In this document: one piece after another, positions 59,426 through 64,000 of the stretch
Numbering within the stretch: the stretch's first letter is position 1
Layout of the letters: every line of letters begins with the position of its first letter
Translations under genes and position numbers: made by a program
Notes under the pieces: model-generated
Seen by the model: only the letters and a program-made list of their open reading frames with translations
Database searches by the model: none
Told to the model about the DNA's origin: nothing
Source of the DNA: Candidatus Saccharimonadales bacterium
Lineage (GTDB): Bacteria > Patescibacteriota > Saccharimonadia > Saccharimonadales > JANWIN01
Reading direction: 5' to 3'
Assembly (NCBI GenBank): GCA_025449905.1
Contig: JANWIN010000004.1
Coordinates: 24,656 to 88,655, forward strand
DNA: 64,000 nucleotides

Positions 59426-59512
59426 AAGCGGAATTATACTTGTTGAGGCTGTTTAAGGCTATTTAGGAACGTGTGGTTGCAGTATTGGGCTAATCATTAG
59501 ATAATTATTTGA

Positions 59513-60943
59513 ATGAGCATATCTGATGTATCTCCTCGTGATTTCTTTTCTGAGACACCACCGCCTCGTATTATTGGGACTGAGTGCGAGTACAATGTAC
59601 AAAACTATTCAAAACTTTCCAGCAATATTAAACTTGTTGATTATATAAGTGATAGAGCTCTTGAAAATTGCGGAATAAGTCATTACGGGGGCTATTTAGA
59701 TAATGGCGCTCGCCTGTACTACGATGTCGGCCATTTAGAATATGCGACACCTGAATCATTAGGGCCACGTCAGGCAGCAGCAGCAGATTTAGCTGGCGTA
59801 TTAGTAATGAGAGAAGTTATAAAAAATAGTGAATACCCGCATAGCGGCGTTTTTCGTCTGGCCGGTTCATATCTGGAGCGGAATCCAGAAGCATCTGACG
59901 CACAGGGTGTAACCAGCGGTTATCACGAAAACTATTTAATACCGCGAAATATTACCCGGAGCCCTTTTATCAATATGCTTTTACCGGCACATCTGGCTAG
60001 CCGCATATGGTCTGGTGGAGGAACGCTTAAAACAAGTTTTGTTTTCTCACAGAAAGTTTGGGGCGTATTTGGACCACCCATTAGTGAATCATATGGCCGT
60101 AGGACCAGTCATCAACATAAACCAATGGTATTACTACCCACCGCAGCAATGGACAGCGATGTATTGGGCGACCCTAAGTGGGCGAGAGCTGAAGTTCGTT
60201 TTGGAGATGCCGGTCTGTCGCCAGCAAGCAGATTTCTGAGCTTAGCTACGACATCATTAGTGTTAAGAATTGTAGAACATAGAAAAAAATTGGACGATCA
60301 CCGTCTTTGGGCAGTAGATTTTAAAAACCCAGCCGATGCAGCTCATTTATTTGCTAGTGACCTAAGCCTTAAAGACACTGCTCCGACGACTGAAGGTAAA
60401 AGATATACAGCCCTAGATATGCAGGAAATCCTTGCAGGCTTGGCATTCGACTTAAGTATGGAAATAGACCTCCCTCCAGACGAAAGCCTAGCTTTAGCAA
60501 TTTGGCCCGATATTATCGCGAAAATGAAGGCCGCTAAACCAGAAAAAGGAGATTATGGTCTGTTGCCCAGCGAGCTGGATGTTGCAGCTAAGCATGCTTA
60601 TCTATCTCGCCATTTTAAGCCAAAAAATTTGCACCGGTCTAATGCGCCTGCTGCTTGGGCGAACTTAATATGGGATAGAATTGAGCCGGCTGGTGGCGGT
60701 ACTTTATGGTGGCGGAATCATCCATCTAAACTAGTTCCCGGTCATGAAATTGATGCGCTGACTGTGAGTCCTCCACAAACTCGGGCAGCTCTTAGGTCTA
60801 GATATATACAAGATTATGGCGACAGAATTAGCAAAATAAATTGGTGCAGCATTGATATAGTCGATGGAGATGATGTGACTAATAGCGAGAGCACTAAAGT
60901 ACAGACTGTCGCACTGCCCGACCCATATTTGGCTTTCTTATAA
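59513..60943 (+). CDS. Pup ligase/deamidase family protein (PafA/Dop-like)
   Basis: RIIGTECEY, YLDNGARLYYDVGHLEYATPE, GYHENY, FSQK, R.EVRFGD, LATTSLVLRIVE, TALDMQ, PPQTRAALR, C-terminal LPDPY. Confidence 0.88.
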   Translation: MSISDVSPRDFFSETPPPRIIGTECEYNVQNYSKLSSNIKLVDYISDRALENCGISHYGGYLDNGARLYYDVGHLEYATPESLGPRQAAAADLAGVLVMREVIKNSEYPHSGVFRLAGSYLERNPEASDAQGVTSGYHENYLIPRNITRSPFINMLLPAHLASRIWSGGGTLKTSFVFSQKVWGVFGPPISESYGRRTSHQHKPMVLLPTAAMDSDVLGDPKWARAEVRFGDAGLSPASRFLSLATTSLVLRIVEHRKKLDDHRLWAVDFKNPADAAHLFASDLSLKDTAPTTEGKRYTALDMQEILAGLAFDLSMEIDLPPDESLALAIWPDIIAKMKAAKPEKGDYGLLPSELDVAAKHAYLSRHFKPKNLHRSNAPAAWANLIWDRIEPAGGGTLWWRNHPSKLVPGHEIDALTVSPPQTRAALRSRYIQDYGDRISKINWCSIDIVDGDDVTNSESTKVQTVALPDPYLAFL

Positions 60944-60950
60944 GTTTAGG

Positions 60951-61223
60951 CTACTGACCATTAACCTGACGGAAACCATCAATAAAATCTTGAGGATTAC
61001 CAACTTCTAGAAGCCCATCAATTTCAGTCAATAATTCATCAACGCTCGCAGTTACCTTGTCTTCATTTTCGTCTAAGACATCATCAATGTCATCCATCCA
61101 CTCATCAGCTTTTGTTGCCAGTTGTGCGCCGCGCACTGCTGTTTCGCCGGCATTTGTAGCCACATCTGCGCTTTCTTCTTCGGTTCTTGTCTCACTTTTT
61201 GGGCGGTGTATTCTTTCTGACAT
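60951..61223 (-). CDS. Pup-like (prokaryotic ubiquitin-like) protein
   Basis: Acidic disordered N-terminus; DDIDDVLDEN and DELLTEIDGLLE helices; ends DFIDGFRQVNGQ; AAGGAG RBS. Confidence 0.8.
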   Translation of the reverse strand: MSERIHRPKSETRTEEESADVATNAGETAVRGAQLATKADEWMDDIDDVLDENEDKVTASVDELLTEIDGLLEVGNPQDFIDGFRQVNGQ

Positions 61224-61319
61224 AATAACTCCTTTATTTTTGATAATTGTATATAACAGTTCTGTTTTTTGAAAGCATAAACATCACTGAATTTGAGGAT
61301 GAGTTATAATTATCACATT

Positions 61320-61610
61320 ATGGCAAAGTTTACACGCGAGGATGTTTTAAAGCTGGCCAAATTAGCCAAGCTGGAATTATCTGATGATGAAGTGGGCAGT
61401 TTTGCCGTCGAGTTAAAGGAGATACTTGGTTATGTTGAACAACTCCAAGATGTTGACATCGAAGGATTGGAGCCAACTTCGCAGGTTACCGGCCTCACGA
61501 ATATTACCAGAGCAGATGAAGTGGTTGACTACGGCGTCACGCCCCAAGAACTGCTTAAAAACGTGCCAGCTGTCAAAGATGGCCAAATAAAAGTTAAGCG
61601 AGTGCTATAA
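61320..61610 (+). CDS. gatC: Asp/Glu-tRNA amidotransferase subunit C
   Basis: DVLKLAKLAKL, ILGYVEQL, RADE, VP..DG.IKV. Confidence 0.93.
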   Translation: MAKFTREDVLKLAKLAKLELSDDEVGSFAVELKEILGYVEQLQDVDIEGLEPTSQVTGLTNITRADEVVDYGVTPQELLKNVPAVKDGQIKVKRVL

Positions 61611-63029
61611 ATGGCAGCTTGGCCAGCCATTACCGATATTGCTGAAGGTGTAAAGACCGGCCGCCTTAAAGCAGTTGAACAAGTAAAACAATCATTGAAA
61701 GCCATTGACGACGCGGCTGAATATAAAGCTATCATTGCCAAAACTGAAAAGCGCGCCCTAGAGCGCGCCGAAGAGCTAGATAAGCGTATATCCAATGGTG
61801 AAACTGTTGGCCGGCTGGCTGGTGTGCCGTTTATTGCAAAGGATAACTTTTTAGCTTACGGCGCCGACACCACCGCGGCCAGCAATATTTTGAAAGGCTT
61901 CGATGCACCTTATCAAGCTACGGCAATTGAGCGACTAGAGGATGAGGGTGCAATCTGTGTGGCTAAAGCCAATCTAGATGCCTTTGCTCATGGCTCATCA
62001 ACTGAAAACAGCGACTTTTTTACCACGCTCAACCCGCATGACAAAACCCGGGTACCAGGCGGCTCATCCGGAGGCTCTGCCACGTCTGTAGTTCTAGACA
62101 TGGTACCTTTTGCCATTGGCACCGATACTGGCGGCTCAATTCGCCAGCCAGCCAGCTTTACCGGAGCTGTTGGCTACAAACCTACTTACGGTTTAGTATC
62201 GCGTAGCGGCGTAGTGGCTATGGCAAGCAGCACGGATGTAATTGGGCCGCTAGCAAAGACAACTAAAGATGCGGCAATGGTTTTAGATGCCATGGCCGGC
62301 CAGGATACGTTGGACAGCACAACTATCGAAAGAGACGATAGCTACGCAGATTTATCAGCCAGCCTTAAAGGTAAAAAAATCGGCGTTATAAAAGAATACA
62401 TGAGCGAAGGACTGGACAAAGATGTAAAAAAACAGATTGACGAGGCGATTGCTAAGCTCAAAGAAGCAGGGGTAGAAATCAGCGAAGTCAGCTTGCCGTC
62501 GCTACCGCTAGCCTTGGCGGTTTACTACATTATTATGCCGGCGGAAGTCAGCAGTAACCTATCGCGTTATGATGGTCAGCGTTTTGGCTACACTTATGAG
62601 AAAGCCAAAGATTTAGATGAGAGCTACAGCAAATCGCGATCTAAGGGCTTTGGCCGTGAAGCCAAGCGTCGAATTATGATTGGCACCTATGTGCTGTCCA
62701 GCGGCTATTACGACGCTTATTATAAAAAAGCCCAAACGGTGCGAACTAAACTGATCAATGAATTCAACGAGGCCTTCAGTAATGTTGACTTTCTTCTTGG
62801 CCCAACGACGCCAACTACAGCTTTTAAGATAGGAGAGAATACAGACGACCCACTAAAAATGTATTTAAGTGACATTATGACTGTAGCTGCTAACTTAACC
62901 GGCGTGCCGGCTATCAGCATTCCGGCCGGTGAGGTTGACGGACTACCAGTTGGCCTGCAATTAATGGCTGCCCAGAGTCGTGACAAACAATTACTGCAAC
63001 TAGCCAAAGCTGCGGAGGCACTATGGTAA
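61611..63029 (+). CDS. gatA: Asp/Glu-tRNA amidotransferase subunit A
   Basis: KDN, PGGSSGGS, GTDTGGSIRQPA, SSNLSRYDG, RRIMIGTY. Confidence 0.97.
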   Translation: MAAWPAITDIAEGVKTGRLKAVEQVKQSLKAIDDAAEYKAIIAKTEKRALERAEELDKRISNGETVGRLAGVPFIAKDNFLAYGADTTAASNILKGFDAPYQATAIERLEDEGAICVAKANLDAFAHGSSTENSDFFTTLNPHDKTRVPGGSSGGSATSVVLDMVPFAIGTDTGGSIRQPASFTGAVGYKPTYGLVSRSGVVAMASSTDVIGPLAKTTKDAAMVLDAMAGQDTLDSTTIERDDSYADLSASLKGKKIGVIKEYMSEGLDKDVKKQIDEAIAKLKEAGVEISEVSLPSLPLALAVYYIIMPAEVSSNLSRYDGQRFGYTYEKAKDLDESYSKSRSKGFGREAKRRIMIGTYVLSSGYYDAYYKKAQTVRTKLINEFNEAFSNVDFLLGPTTPTTAFKIGENTDDPLKMYLSDIMTVAANLTGVPAISIPAGEVDGLPVGLQLMAAQSRDKQLLQLAKAAEALW

Positions 63030-63400
63030 GGTTGGTTCCAAAAGCAATGCGTCCCAAAAAAATGCGTAAAAAATGGCACAAATTACAGCAAAACCTATCC
63101 AAGCGGGAAAATTGGTCTCAGGCTATACTTGAAGCCGATAAATTATTGGATAGAGCCTTAAAAAAGAAACGCATGAAAGGCAAGAGCACTGGCGAGCGCC
63201 TGGCGGCTGCCCAAGATTTAATGAGCGACAACGACCAGATATGGAAAGCCCACAACAACGCTAAGAAACTAAAGGAAGACGCGCAGGCTAAATTTAGCAA
63301 AAACGAAGTTAAAAAAACCCTGTTGGCTTTTGGCCAAGCATTGAAAGATTTGGGTGCGCTAAGAAATGGCAAAGATAACGGTAAAAAAAATGGCAAATAA
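63023..63400 (+). CDS. basic hypothetical protein inside the gat operon
   Basis: AILEADKLLD..L, G.STGERL, W.AH motifs; overlaps both gatA and gatB. Confidence 0.7.
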   Translation: MVRLVPKAMRPKKMRKKWHKLQQNLSKRENWSQAILEADKLLDRALKKKRMKGKSTGERLAAAQDLMSDNDQIWKAHNNAKKLKEDAQAKFSKNEVKKTLLAFGQALKDLGALRNGKDNGKKNGK

Positions 63401-64000
63401 ATACCACTCAGCCATTGGCATTGAGTGCCATGTTCAGCTCAACACTAAAACCAAGCTGTTTGCCGCCGTTGGCAATGATGCACGCGGCGCCAAACCCAAC
63501 AGCTTAATAAGTCACATTTGCTTAGGAATGCCCGGCGCTTTGCCGGTATTAAATCAAAAAGCCGTGGAGTTGGCGGCGCGGATGGCTTTTGCCGTTAACA
63601 CCAAACCACAAAAATATAGTTACTTTGAGCGCAAACACTATTTTTATCCAGATCTACCCAAGGGTTATCAGATTACCCAGCTCCAGAAGCCTATTATTAA
63701 GGGTGGCTATGTTGAAATTGATTCGCTGTCCAGCGAAGATGGCCAGACTAAAAAAATTAAACTGAACCGCGTGCAGATAGAGGAGGACGCCGGCAAAAAT
63801 ACTCATCCGGCCGGTGCGGACTACTCACTTGTGGACTTAAATCGTGCTGGCACACCGCTATTTGAAATTGTTAGTGAGCCAGACATATCTAGCGCCGAAG
63901 AAGCCAAAACTTACGCCCGCGAACTCTATTTGCTAGTCAAATACTCAGGTGTTGGTGATGCCGACCTTTACCACGGTAACATGCGCTTTGACGTCAATGT
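63390..64000 (+). CDS. gatB: Asp/Glu-tRNA amidotransferase subunit B (3' truncated by the window)
   Basis: Manual translation MANKYHSAIGIECHVQLNTKTKLF...PGALPVLN...RKHYFYPDLPKGYQITQ...EEDAGK...NRAGTPLFEIVSEP. Confidence 0.96.
   Translation, partial: MANKYHSAIGIECHVQLNTKTKLFAAVGNDARGAKPNSLISHICLGMPGALPVLNQKAVELAARMAFAVNTKPQKYSYFERKHYFYPDLPKGYQITQLQKPIIKGGYVEIDSLSSEDGQTKKIKLNRVQIEEDAGKNTHPAGADYSLVDLNRAGTPLFEIVSEPDISSAEEAKTYARELYLLVKYSGVGDADLYHGNMRFDVN

Overview
Gene-dense bacterial chromosome segment. Gene content and order (khpA-trmD, pheS-pheT, gap-rpiB-rpe-split transketolase-fba-pfkB, uvrB, gatC-gatA-ORF-gatB, many prepilin-like proteins, many single orphan genes inserted between housekeeping genes) suggest a Patescibacteria/CPR genome, probably Candidatus Saccharibacteria; this is inference, as no rRNA is present. 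There are two top observations. (1) A convergent two-gene pupylation-like module: a PafA/Dop-family ligase (59513-60943) facing a Pup-like tag with a duplicated acidic helix and a C-terminal NGQ (60951-61223), with no proteasome, ARC/Mpa or second Dop/PafA gene in the window. (2) Three copies of a 44-bp nested palindrome with an 11-5-12-5-11 layout and core TGACGATCGTCA. Two copies tightly bracket a PaaX/Cas2-like wHTH gene, and one of these is an exact left-arm/right-arm hybrid of the other two copies. Also present: an SNF2 helicase-methyltransferase fusion locus, a tandem array of four prepilin-like genes with unrelated C-termini, a tRNA-Gln 3'-end duplication enclosing a structured element, several structured intergenic elements, a KGG stress protein missed by the ORF track, and widespread leaderless-type promoters. 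All product calls come from motif recognition by eye, not database searches.
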